The notes below the pieces were generated by a model. It was given only the letters and a program-made list of their open reading frames with translations, searched no databases and was not told the origin of the DNA. The position numbers were made by a program, and so were the translations under genes. From NCBI GenBank assembly GCA_038087875.1, contig CM075990.1:4156001-4220000 (forward strand): 64,000 bases of DNA, given 5' to 3'. The number at the start of each line of letters is the position of its first letter. Positions within the stretch are counted from its first letter, which is position 1. Origin of the DNA: Malacoraja senta (taxonomy: Eukaryota). Shown here piece after piece: positions 1 to 12,445 of the stretch.

Positions 1-2883
1 ACTTGAAGATGTTTGTAAAATAGCTGAGATATTTTCCACCAGTGCAACTTCATTCATCACGATACTGGAAACCCAAAACCAGACCTGGAGTTGGCATTTA
101 GCGACATGCACGGGGACCCTGACGCTAACCTGAACTCTCCATCAAGCCATTAATGAGAGCAACAGCTGGAGGAGAATCGTGAGATGGCACCACCTCAGCT
201 TCCTGAAGCCCATCCCGCCGGGCAGCTGCTCCTACTGGTTTTAAGGAAATCAATCTTAAGCCTCAAACTAAAAACACTCGCAGGAAATACGAACTGACAG
301 CAGACAAACTAAGCCTCAACAACGTCTGCACATCTCATTATTCTTCTGTTTACCCAAGTGTTCAGACACCATGTGTCGTCGAACAATAAAAGTGCATAAG
401 ATCATGCGGGAGGTAGATATGGTGAATGCACAGAGCTTTTTTTACCCAGAGTACAGAAATCAAGAACCAGAGAATATAGGATTAAGGTGAGGGAGGAACC
501 CGAGGGGTAATATTTCCCACACAAGGGTGGTGGATCTGTGGCTGCCAGAGGAGGTTGCTGAGATAGGAACTATAACAATATTTTAAAAATATTTGGACAG
601 GTACATGGATTGGATAGGTTTAGAGGGATATGGGCCAAAACATGGGCAGGTGGGACTAGCATAGATGGGTTTCTTGTTCGTCGTGGATAAGTTGGGCCGA
701 AAGGCCTGGTTTTGTGCTGTACGGCTCCCAAATCATTTAATTTTTGTATTAGCAAAGACGGATGGTGACGGCATGGAGAGTAGTCTCTGATACTTAATCA
801 TGCCTAAATCTGACAGGCACACAAATTTGCTCGTATACAAACGGTAGACAAGGATGCAACCATTTGAAATAACATTTCAAACTCAGCCCAACGGCCCAGA
901 AAAATAAGATGCTGGTGGTCACCACCTTCATCTACCTCCTGATACACATAGTGGAGATACATGTTCATTCGGAATTAAATTTTGGGATGTGGCTCAATAG
1001 TGATGAACGAACCATAATATAGTTCCAAGCCACATCAGTATCCAGTTTGAAGGGGTTTCTGCAATCTCATCTTTCTTGCAGAAACAAGAAACTGCAGATG
1101 CTGGCTTTCAAAACAAGGAGAAAATGCTGGAGCAACTCAGCGGGGGGGTCAGGCAGCATCTCTGGAGAATGTGGACAAGTAAAGTTTCAGGTCGGGACCT
1201 TTCTTGTCATAGGCCTGACCCACTGAGTTATTCCAGCACTTTGTGTACTTATTTGATTTGTCTTGTTATGATCATTTTTATTCACTGGGATTATTTTCAC
1301 ATTTATTTCCTGTCCTAACATGCCCCCAAGCTATTTCAGAGGGCAGCTGACTCAGCTACATGTCAGAGAGCCTGGGGTGGCATCTAATCTAAACCTAGTG
1401 AGAGATGGCTGCTTTTCTTCCTTGAATGAGACAATCAAGAAGTTTCACTGATACTGTAACTGGCATTCTAGCATTTTGCTCTACCCTTTGATTAGTTTCA
1501 ATTGAAACTTAGCTGCCAAGGTGTGGTGCTGCCTGTATGGAGTTTGCACGTCCTCCTCATGACCGCGTGGGGTCCCTCTGGGTGCTCCGGTTTCTTCCTA
1601 CATCCTATTGACGTGTGGGCTTGTAGGTTAATTAGCCTCTATAAACTTTTGGAAGTGGACATATCTAACGTGCACCAAGTGGACTGCAGCTTCAACTCAA
1701 CATTGATGCAGGTGATTTGCAATGGACCAACGCTGGCAGGTGTCCTTGGAACCTTCTCAGGGCTACTCAAGATCCTTGTTTAATTAGTCAAATAAAATAT
1801 AGGAAGTAGCAACATCCACTGTATATTGACTTTCACAACTCACATAAGCCTCACATCTTTCAACCAAAGGGTTATAGAGAATCTTTCAGTTTAGGCTGTC
1901 CGTAGAGTTTTATTGCTGTTCAACACCTGCTGCATGATGACGGGCAAGCTGTGATCTCAACCAACAGCCCACTGCAAATACACCCCCTGGGTGTGGACAA
2001 TGCCGTGCTTTCTTCAACGATCTTTGAAGCAATATTGCATCTCCTCTATAAGACGCTCCTCCGTAAAGGTATAGGATGAACAGAAAACGATTCAACATTG
2101 ATCCCCTTCACTCCAAAGCCATGAACGCCCCAACATCAGTCATCAACTCACAGCAAGCGCACTCCTTGCCTATGTGCACACTAGGAGGCCGAGTTACAAA
2201 GCATTGCCGATCCTTCAGTGAAGCATGCAAGGGAAACCTTGCACTAAAAACTGTCCTCAACAATCAGCCCCGCCACACGACACTACACATCACACACCAA
2301 GCACCACAGATTCTGAATACATGGATAACGTCGCATATCTTGGAGTACACAGAGGCTTCAATACGTTTGAGATAACTTCAATACGTAATTGTCCATGTCT
2401 CCAGAGCAGGCACGAGCAGAGAGATCACAACTACTTTGTGCTGGCATTGTGTTCTTCAGGCACACCTTTCACCTCATTCACTGCCACCAATGCACTGGTG
2501 GCAACTTCAGATGATGAAGGGAACGAGTGAGCCCGAGTAACAAGAACACAAAGCTGACACCAAGACGTTGTAATCCTGGTGCTCTCATATCTTCTGGCCA
2601 TATGAACAATTATATATAGATGCCATTTCAAAGCACTGGAGACATACCACCAATTGTACAAATCTCACCAGCAGGATTCTGCTCAGTCAACATCCCCTGC
2701 ATCGAACTTGTGGGGATGGCTTGCAGCTTGAGGGAGTCTTACCGTGACTCACAAAGAGCACCGTTCATTGCGGTTATGAGTGCAGATAAATAGGAGTCAG
2801 ATCACTTTTAAAACCTTAACTTTAACTGAATGCGGCATCAGCCATCAGCGAAGGATTTAATTTGAAGTTTGTTCCACATTTAC

Positions 2884-3036
2884 CAGAGCTTGTCGTTGTC
2901 GATCCAAATAAATCATCGTCTTCCTCATCAAACAGGCCTCCAGCACTTGGAGCCGGTGGGGATTTGGCTGTCTTTCTCTTTGCTCCCTTCTCATGGGTTT
3001 TCTCAGCAATGGCATCAGAATGGAATATATCTCCAC
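2884..3036 (-). CDS. WASHC2: WASHC2 coding exon (G)GDIFHSDAIAEK...PPAPSAGGLFDEEDDDLFGSTTTSS (gene continues beyond window start)
   Basis: LFa retromer-binding-type repeats GLFDEEDDDLF. cag/GTAAAT splice sites, 153 nt, phase 1-1. Confidence 0.9.
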
Positions 3037-3907
3037 CTGTGCACAAAGAATGAGAAACGTCATAAAGTATCCTCCATCTCAAATCACCCAAGATTAAATA
3101 AAGGTGCTAAATTAAATATATAAAATAGTCTTCACAAAAGGAATGTTATACATTCAGCAGCATTCATCACATTTTCATCCAGAAACTTCAATCTGTTCTT
3201 ACACATCCACATAATGACAAAGCAGCTGTGTGCTGCAGCATCTTTCACAGTTCAGGCCCTGCTCATTTTTGTTCCATCTGAAGACACTTTGATAGACGTT
3301 AGACTTTACTTTATAGTTTAGAGATACAGCATGGAGGTAGACCCGAAACGTCGCCCATTCCTTCCCTCCAGAGATGCTGCCTCACCCGCTTGAGTTACTG
3401 CAGCATTTGGTGTCTACCTTCATGAGGGTATTACTGGGTCTGGAGGGTTTGAGTTATGAGGCTGGGTCTTTTTTCCCTGGAGTGCAGGAGGCTGTGGGGT
3501 GACCATATGGAGGCTTATAAAATCATGAGGGGCAAAGATACAATGAACAGCTACAGTCATTTCCACTGTGTAGGGGAGTCTAAAACTGGAAGGCAAAGTA
3601 AAAGGCAAAACATTTGAAAGGGTCCCGAGTAGCATATTTGTTCTCACGTTAAGGCTGGTATGGAACAAGTCCGAGGAAGTGGTAGAGGTGAGTACAAAAG
3701 GGCACTTAGACAGGTACATGGATAGGAAAGAGTTAGAGGGATATAAATCAGGTGCAGGCAAGTGGGCTTGCTTGTTTGGCACCTTGCTTAACATGGATAA
3801 GTTGGGCTGAAGGGCCTGTTTCCTAGCTGTAAACCTCTGACTTCCTTTAAAATATTTAATCTCAATTCAGTTATGTCTAGGTGTTGAATATTTCAGGAAA
3901 ATTTCGT

Positions 3908-4220
3908 GGGCGGCAGGGTGGCGCAAGGGTAGAGTTGCTGCCTTGCAGTGCCAGAGACCCCGGTTCGATCCTAACTACAGCTACTGACTGCACAGAGTTT
4001 ATACGTTCTCCCCGTGACTGCTTGAGTTTTCCCGGGGTGCTCTGGTTTCCTCCCACACTACAAAGACGTACAGGTTTGTAGGTTAATTGGTTTTGGTAAA
4101 AAATTGTAAATTGTCCCTAGTGTGTAGGGTGTGCTAGTGTAACTGGATCGCTGGTCGACACGGACTCGGTGGGCCGAGGAGCCTGTTTCCGCGCTGTATC
4201 TCTAAACTAAACTGAACTAA
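3908..4220 (+). mobile_element. HE1-like tRNA-derived V-SINE (representative copy)
   Basis: A/B-box head (GGTGGCGCAAGGG...GGTTCGATCC), conserved central domain, CR1-like tail ending in (CTAAA)n. Further copies near 8801+, 9815-, 11870-, 16423+, 19098+, 30041+, 32152+, 32923+, 34640-, 36700+, 48268-, 51150-, 53118+, 54867+, 58153+ and 59090+. Confidence 0.85.
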
Positions 4221-4935
4221 ATAACTTGTTGCATCAAAACTCAATTAGATTTCATAAATTACTATGTGCTCAGATAGTAAAACAGTGTTTAGGATGCAGA
4301 ACGAGGCAATTCTGACAAACAACGGCAGGAGGCACACAGCAGCCCAGAACCTGCTTGAATTGGACACTGCTCATAACAATTGGACTGGCCTTGGAAAATG
4401 GCACCATAACGCACTTCTTGCATGGGGGATCAGTAGACTATTTCCATACAATTTGCTGAGCAGGGATGTGCTTAGATATGGCGATACTCTACTGGACTGT
4501 AGGAAAATAATTTCACCATCCATTTGCACTTTGCAAGTGTGACGGTAAAGTACCATTGAACCATTGAGCACTAACATCCGAGGACTGACACGTTCATACC
4601 TATCACAGCAGCTGGAAACTTCAACTCAAGTAATTGAATACATTTGGAATAAAAAACTCATAACGGTGACCACCGCATAACCAGATGGTAGCAAAAATGC
4701 ATCTGCTTCATTAATGTTCTTCGGGGACTAAAATCGCTCATCCATATCCGATCTGGCCGACACTTGATCTCAGATCTACTCACGCTGTCGACACTTGGCT
4801 GGTACCACAGCTCAGCAGTAAAACATGCCAGCAACAAACAAAAGTGCACAAAGATCATACCTGTCAGGCGAATTGACAATGCCATAAAACACCACACACT
4901 AACACACACACGTTCTGTTATTAGAGGAAACTTAC

Positions 4936-4995
4936 CAGGGTATATTGAAACAGCTCCAATGGGAACCTTTTTCTCACATTTTCTTACAGCAGGCT
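4936..4995 (-). CDS. WASHC2: WASHC2 coding exon (E)PAVRKCEKKVPIGAVSIYP
   Basis: Matches the KKIPAGAVS motif. cag/GTAAGT splice sites, 60 nt, phase 1-1. Confidence 0.88.
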
Positions 4996-7854
4996 CTGAT
5001 TTTAAAATTGAAGAAACAAGTCAAATCCCTAAGAATCTAAACCCTTTATCCCTTGAAGATATTGCAGTGCAAGATCAATGGAAAGGAGGAAATAAAATGC
5101 TGGAGTAAGAGCAGATCAGGCAGCATCTCTGGAGAAAATGGATAGGTTCCATTTCGGAGCAGGACCCTTCTTCTTAAGATTGCTTGGTCCCAAGGCGTTA
5201 CTTACCCATGTTCTCCATGGATGACCTTTTTTTTGTAAACCAGCATCTGCAGTTCCTGGTTTCTACAATTCAAGTATGGAAACTAATTTTGTCTGACCCT
5301 AAGAAAGGTGCCCACCCCGGAAACCAAGTCTGCACAGAGAAACATTAAAAGCACCAGTGATCATATTTTGCTTAGTTTATGACACAGCCGTATGAACGTT
5401 GAATTCTCCAATTTTAGGTGACTTCTACACCTCCCTCCCCCTTCCCCTCTCCACCCATTACTCCAAAAAACGTCTGTTTAACAGTTCCGCAGTTTGCAAT
5501 GATGTATCCCACTTGGACCTACACCTGTTTCTAGCCAACAATCAGCCTATCAGGGAACCTGCTTGACTGAGGTCATCAGTTGCCAGCCCCAATTCGTCCT
5601 GTTTTTCCCCCTTTGCTTCCACAGTTCCCCTCCTCTCTCCTCTACAATCAGTCTGAAGAAGGGCCCCGACCCGAAACTTCACCTATCCATTTTCTCTAGA
5701 GATGTTGCCTGACTTGCTGAGCTACTCTAGCATTTTGGGTCTCTCTTTGAAGCATGAAATGTGCAGAAATAGCTGCAAGTTCGCACGTCAATGAAAGCAG
5801 GTCGGCACGAGCACCACCTACACAGTCACAATTATGAGAAGCAATCTGTAGCAGACAATGCTAATTCTTTGTCATTATCAGAGATGCCAACTATAAATGC
5901 ATGGACATTAGATGTTTTAGACTTTAAGATACAGTGCAGAAACAGGCCCTTTGGCCCACATCGTCCGTACCGACCAGCGATCACCCCATACACTAGCACT
6001 ATCCACACTAGGGACAATTTACAATTTAACTGAAGCCAATTAACCTGCAAACCTAAGATAGACACAAAGTGCAGAGTAATTCAGCGAGTCAGGCAGCATC
6101 TCTGGAGAAAAAGGATGGGTGACGTTTCTGGTCGGAATCCTTCTTCAGACCACAAATCTGTACGTCTCTGGAGCGTGGGAAGAAACTGGGGCACCTGGAG
6201 AAATCCCACGCGGTCGCAGCGAGAGCGTACAAACTCCGTTAAGACAGCACCCGGAGTCAGGATCGAACCCGGGTCTCTGGAGCTCTACAGCTGCACCACT
6301 CTGCCGCACGCTTACAACACGCTGCTGGGGTATAGCTTCTGAACTCCAGCAAAAGTTACTGCTGTGAATGCTGATATCAGTCGGCTCTTTCTTTCTCAGA
6401 AAATGATAAAGGAATGTCAATTATCCTGGATTTCCAATCCTTAACCAGACGCGTGGGTTTCTGATCTCTATCCTGGGCCCTGGAGTTCCAGAATTCTAAC
6501 TGGACTCCTGGTTTCTTTGGTCAACTCCAGGTCAACCACCAGGTCAACCAGTGTTTGATGGGAAAAGTAGAGCTTAGCTCTTAAACACAACTAGAAACCA
6601 GGGCAGTGGCTGTGAACCAAGAATCCAAGCTGTTTATTCCCCTCAACTCCATGAGAAGTGTAAATACTTCCAACTTCCCCTCGCATGTTGACTGATATCT
6701 CCTCAATCAGTGCAGCTCAGGAATGGTGTCGGGACCTTTCCTGCCACAGGGATTTTATTGCACAAATTAACATAACTAGAAAATGTTACTCATCCAAACA
6801 AGGTACTAATTATCTGGATTGTTTTCAAAGCTCGAAAGGAGGTCTGCTGGCAGATCTTGCAATGGTGTCCCAAGGACATGGTCTCACCAGCTGTCAAGCT
6901 TATCTTACTGAAGGACTTAGCTACTAATTGCCGAAAAGACCTCACACTGCCAATTATCTGGGAGCTGGCATCGCAGTGGAAGACTGCCCTTGGAGGTTTA
7001 TGCCAAGGGGCATGCAACCAGCGAGCCTGGGAGATTGAAGAACCAGCTCATTTATAACCAGAAGATAAGCACAAAGTGCTGGAGTAACTTAGCGGATCAG
7101 GCAGCATTTGTGAGAAAGTGGATGGGTGACGTTTCGGGTCAGAACCCTTCTTCAGACTAAGAGTCTTCAGACTCTTCATCTATAATCCAGTGGCCCTCCA
7201 AACCGATTTATGCCACGGTTTGTGCTGGTCACGAATTGAAGAGTACTGAATGAGTCAACTTTTGAAGTAGATCCAAGTCAACGTCGGCATGCACGCCTCA
7301 TCAAGACCATCATGCCCTCCATAAACAGCAGAGACTCTAATTCAAATAGCTCTGGAATATAGGACTAGGCAGAATGAATATTACTCTGTATTTCAATTGA
7401 TTTAAAGCGAGGTCAGTAAGCCAAGTTACTCAACAACCTCACACAGATGAACCATTATTCAGATTCAAGTTATAGAGAACTACTCAGGAGGAAGGAATTT
7501 TGTTAAATTCAAAATCAGCAGTTTAAATTCATTGCCAATTCATAGACAAAACCTTCAATGAACAGCCAATGTTCTAACATAACTTAAAAGTATGTTAAAC
7601 TTAAAGATATCCATCAAAACCTAATTGTAAATAGAGGCATCAGTATCTCACAGCATTAAGGCCCATGTAGAATAAAATGCCACACAATATAATTTTGATC
7701 AAGATTTAAAAAAAAAAATTTAAACACTCCTCCTCAATGTTTGATGTGCGGTTTAACTTGAGACAACTAACACAGTTTAGTAATGATTGGACGTAAGCTT
7801 CTGCAGAAGATGGGCGGTGAATGCTTAGTGCTGTATACTGAGCGTGTAACTCAC

Positions 7855-7924
7855 CTTCATGACGTGGCTTTATTTCCCGCTCCTCATCATTTGTTTCCTT
7901 CGGTGCCTCAGCAAAAAGGTCACC
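7855..7924 (-). CDS. WASHC2: WASHC2 coding exon GDLFAEAPKETNDEEREIKPRHE
   Basis: DLF.EAP motif. tag/GTGAGT splice sites, 70 nt, phase 0-1. Confidence 0.88.
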
Positions 7925-8800
7925 CTAGAAAATGAAGTAGCATTTATGTAAAATTGACAGCTCCAACTGGGACTTGGGATTTAAACTCAGTCCCTTGCAT
8001 CTGATAGAAAAAAGGCACAAAAGTGCTGGAGTAATTCAGCATCTTTGGAGAACATGGAGGTGATGTTTCGGGTTGGGATCCTTGATTGTGATGGGGGCTG
8101 GGGGGAGGGGAGAAGATAGGTGGACTCGAGGAGGGGCATGACAAAGCCTGGCAAACAATAAATAGGTGGATACAGGACAGTGGGATTGTGATAGGTAAAT
8201 GGTTGAATAAAGGGCAGAGATGAAAAGACAAGATGGTGCAGTAACTCAGCAGATGAGGCAACATCTCTGGGGAACATGGATAGGCAACATTTTGGGTCGA
8301 GACCCTTCCTTAGACTAGCGATCTCCGCACATTAACACTATCCTACACTAGGGACAATTTTTTTTGGACATTTATGCCAACCAATTAACCTGCAAACCTG
8401 TACATCTTTGGAGTGGTTTTGTCAAACCACCGGCCAATTAAAAACCTCCCCCACCTGTATCCACCTATCACTTAGCAGACTTTGTCCCGCCCCCACCTCT
8501 TCCAGCTTTCTCGCCCCAACTTCCTCACTACAATCAGTCTGAAGAATGTTCCCGACTCGAAACGTTGCATATCAATGTTCTCTGGCGATGCTGCCTGACC
8601 CGCTGAGTTGCTCTAGCACTGCGCTTTTTTTGTGAACTGCTATCTGCAGTCCCTTGTACCCTCCTTTGCATCCAACAATTAATTCCTTAGTGCACCAAGA
8701 GAGATGACGAGACGGTCCCAGGTGCAATCTGATCAAATCAGCTGTGCTAGAAAAGAAGGCACAAGATGTCAGTGTCTCAAGATGTCAGCAAGATGTCAGT

Positions 8801-9115
8801 AGTCACGGTGGCGCCGCGGTAGAGTTGCTGCCCTACAGCAAATGCAGCGCCGGAGACCCAGGTTCGATCCCGATTACGGGTGCTGTCTCTACGGAGTTTG
8901 TATGTTCTCCCCGAGACCTGCGTGGGTTTTCTCCGAGATCTTCGGTTTCCTCCCACATTCCAAAGATGTACAGGTTTGTAGGTTAATTGGCTTGGTAAAT
9001 GTAAAAAATGTCCCTAGTGGGTGTAGGATAGTGTTAATTTGCGGGGATCACTGGTCGGCGCAGACCCGGTGGGCCGAAGGGCCCGTTTCCATGCTGCATC
9101 TCCAAACTAAACTAA
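8801..9115 (+). mobile_element. HE1-like V-SINE
   Basis: Full-length copy with GGTTCGATCC B box and CTAAA tail. Confidence 0.85.
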
Positions 9116-10393
9116 AGTGCGAATGATGGCCTTTAGGTACATTAATTCTGCTCTTCTCCTCACAGATGCTGCCTGACCTGCTGAGTATCCCCTGCATTTT
9201 CAGTTTGTATTTATTTCAGCGCTTCATGGGTTTTAGGGAGCAAAAGGCGGCCTTTGAATTGCTAAGTGAGAAATCATAAGAGGGAAAAGAAACGGGAAAG
9301 AACACCGAGTAGACAAAAGTGCTGGAGAAACTCAGCAGGTGCTGCAGCATCTATGGAGCGAAGGAAATAGGCAACGTTTCGGGCCGAAACCCTTCTTCAG
9401 GAGAGTCTACTCTCCTTCTTAAACAAAGAACACCAAGTGTCTAGGCTGAAGCAGTGGTGGAACTGGATTCATGCAAGAGAAGAGGGAACTAGGGAAAGTA
9501 GAATTTCACTTCTCAGCTAACAGCATAAAGATATCAAGGTGGGAATGGGACGATCCTAAAAGTAGCCCAAATTCTGTGGTAATTGAATAAATTAGCAGAG
9601 GATCAGCAACAGCAGGTAGGTGAGACATGGAGTAGATAAGACATGTTGGCCGACGTGGGCAAGATGGGCTAAAGGGTTCACTTTTATGACTCCGCCCCCA
9701 AGGTGGAAGAGTAGCACCACTGAACCAGGAGCATGTACAAAAATACTTGCATAACTGAGAGTATTTTTTAAATTGTTTCACAGGAGTACCTTTAGAAAAG
9801 AGATGAGGAGGAGTTTAGTTTTGTTTAGAGATACAGTGCAGAAGAAACAGGTCCTTCGGCCCACCCAGTCCACACCGACCAGCGATCCCCGCACACTAAC
9901 ACTATCTTACACAAGGGACAATTTACAATTATACCAAACCAATTAACCTACAAACTTGTAAGTCTTTGGAGTGTGGGAGGAAACCAAAGATCGCAGAGAA
10001 AACCCACAAAGCTCATGGGGAGAATGTACAAGCTCGTTACAAACAAACACCCGTTGTCAGGATCGAACTTGTGTCTCTGCCGCTGTAAGGCAGTAGCTCT
10101 GCCGTTACGCACCACACCGTTCTTACTTTAGCCAGAGGGTGATGAATCTGTGGAATTCATTGTCGCGGACGGCGGTGGAGGTTGTCATTGGTATTTTTAA
10201 AGTGGAAATTGACAGATTTTTAAAGATTATGGGGAGAAGGCAGGAGAATGAGATTGAGAGGGAAAGAGGGAATCAGCCGTGATTGAATGGCAGAGTAAAC
10301 ATGATGGGCTGAATGGCCTAATTCTGCTCCAATGACCTGTGAACTTGAGCATAATTCAATTTTAAAAAAAACTATGAACAACATGGTACCAAC

Positions 10394-10503
10394 CTCGTCA
10401 TTGTCAAACAGGCCCTTCCCTCCACTGAAGAGACCACCCTTGTTGTAAAATGGAGAGTAGCTGTCACCTTCTTCAACATTCTCAGAGCCAAACAAGTCGT
10501 CTT
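10394..10503 (-). CDS. WASHC2: WASHC2 coding exon (E)DDLFGSENVEEGDSYSPFYNKGGLFSGGKGLFDNDE
   Basis: SPF...GGLFSGGKGLFD motif. The acceptor tctgaag| was chosen because it keeps phase 1. Donor GTTGGT, 110 nt. Confidence 0.88.
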
Positions 10504-12445
10504 CTTCAGACATGCGAAAGGAAGTGTATTATACATCAGACTGTTGTGAACAGGATATTTATCACAGTTTATAAGAACAGGTTGCACCCTTCAAAGCAAG
10601 ACGTGCCTGAAATGGGTAGACACAAAATGCTGGAGTAACTAAGAGGGACAGACAGCATCTCTGGAGAGAAGGAATCAGTGACATTTCAAGTCGAGACCCT
10701 TCTTCACACTTATCTGGATTGGGTATTTGTTGTTTGTTGGCTGTCAAGTATTGTTGGTTGGTTGGCTGGCAATGGGAACAAGAGCTGCATAAAAGCAACT
10801 AAACACAATTGAAGATATGTTGGTGCATAATTCCTCCCCACCACAGTGCTGCCACCTAGGATTGCGGTACCCAGCTACAGTAAAGGCAAGGGCTGCACAG
10901 ACCATCAGTCTTACTTCAGTGGACAAGATAGCAATAAGCAGCACACAGTGAATGACCTAAATGTCTGTGATTTAGCACACATTGGTCTCATCACAAAATG
11001 TTCCCAAATGGCAGAGAATAATCATCACCTCAAGCCACCACTACCACCACCAAAGGAAAAAGTGACAGCTGGTTTCCGCATTATAAAGATAATGCGGAAA
11101 CCAAGATCGACAAAGATACTAGAGGAGCCTTTGATAACAAAGGCAAAGTTGCAGCCACTCAAAAAGCAAAGGATCATACCAACTCCTGCTAAACTGTTTT
11201 AACATCCTCACTCAATCTAGAATATTCTAAGATTGGACAACAATAGCTTCCAATCATAGTGAAGGAATGGGTGACGTTTCGGGTCAAGACCCAAACAACA
11301 AATACCTTTTCCAGACCGGTCTGAAGAAGGGTCTCAACCCAAAATGTCACCCATTCCTTCTCTCCAGAAATGCTGCCTGTCCCGCTGAGTTCGTCCAACA
11401 TTTTGTGTCTACCTTTGATTTAAAGCAGCATCTGCAGTTCTTTCCTACACATGGAGTCATAGAGCGTGGAAACAGACCCTTCTGCCCACACCGGCCAACA
11501 TGTCCCATTTGCACTAGTCCCACCTACCTGCATTTGGTCCATATCCCTCTCAACCTGTCCTATCCATATACCTGTCTAAATGTTTCTTAAACGTTGCGAT
11601 AGTCCCCTGCCTTGACTACCTCCTCCAGCGGCTTGATCCATACACTCACCACCCTTTGCGAGAAAAAGTTACCCCTCAGGTTCCTTGTAAATCTCCCCAC
11701 TTCCCAACCTTAAACCTATTCCCCTACTCTGGGCAAGAGACTCAATACGTCTAATCAATTATTCTTCTCTTGATTTTGTACACCTCTTTAAAATCATAAT
11801 CTCCGAACGTGCAAATCAGTATATCTGATTTAAGAATACATTTCTCAAAATCTCAGATTTTTTTTCCGTTTAGTTTAGTGTTACAGCATGGAAACAGGCC
11901 CTTCCACACCGATCATCTGTTCACACTAGTTCTATGTTATCCCACTTTCACATCCACTCCGTACACTAATAAACCCGCAGGTCTTTGGGATGTGGGAGGA
12001 AACCAGAGCACCCAAAGGAAACCTACGCGGTCACAAGGAGAGCGTGCAGACTCCACACAGACAGCACCCCAGGGTCTCTGGCACTGTGAGGTGGCTGTTC
12101 GACAGCTGCACCACTGTGCTGTCCAAGATTCAGGGTTTGACGTGAAATCTTTTACCCTGAACTTTCCTTGTTTAGGGTTGTCTGAGCCGGCTGACCTTCT
12201 CTGCAGCATTCAGCTCCTGTTCGGGTTTGCTTGCAATGACCAAGGCTGGAGTCACAAGTCCACTAAAGGATGGTTCAGCTGTGAGAGAAACTCCCCAGGT
12301 AAATTATCTCAATACTGTCAATGAAGTCCTTGTTCAGCTTCCTAGTTTACAGAACAACACACAACAGGAATGACTTCAGCCCACAATGTTTGTGTCGAAC
12401 ATGATGCCAAGTTAAACTGATCTCAGTCCAGTTTAATTTGGCATC

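Noticed and set aside
8805..8885. tRNA gene
   Set aside because: tRNA-like A/B boxes are SINE heads continuing into SINE body and CR1 tail. No cloverleaf or T-run terminator.
10504..10540. Upstream acceptor (ACAACAG) or ATG at 10513 for the WASHC2 exon
   Set aside because: Introduces a stop or wrong phase. The acceptor at 10504-10505 keeps the frame.
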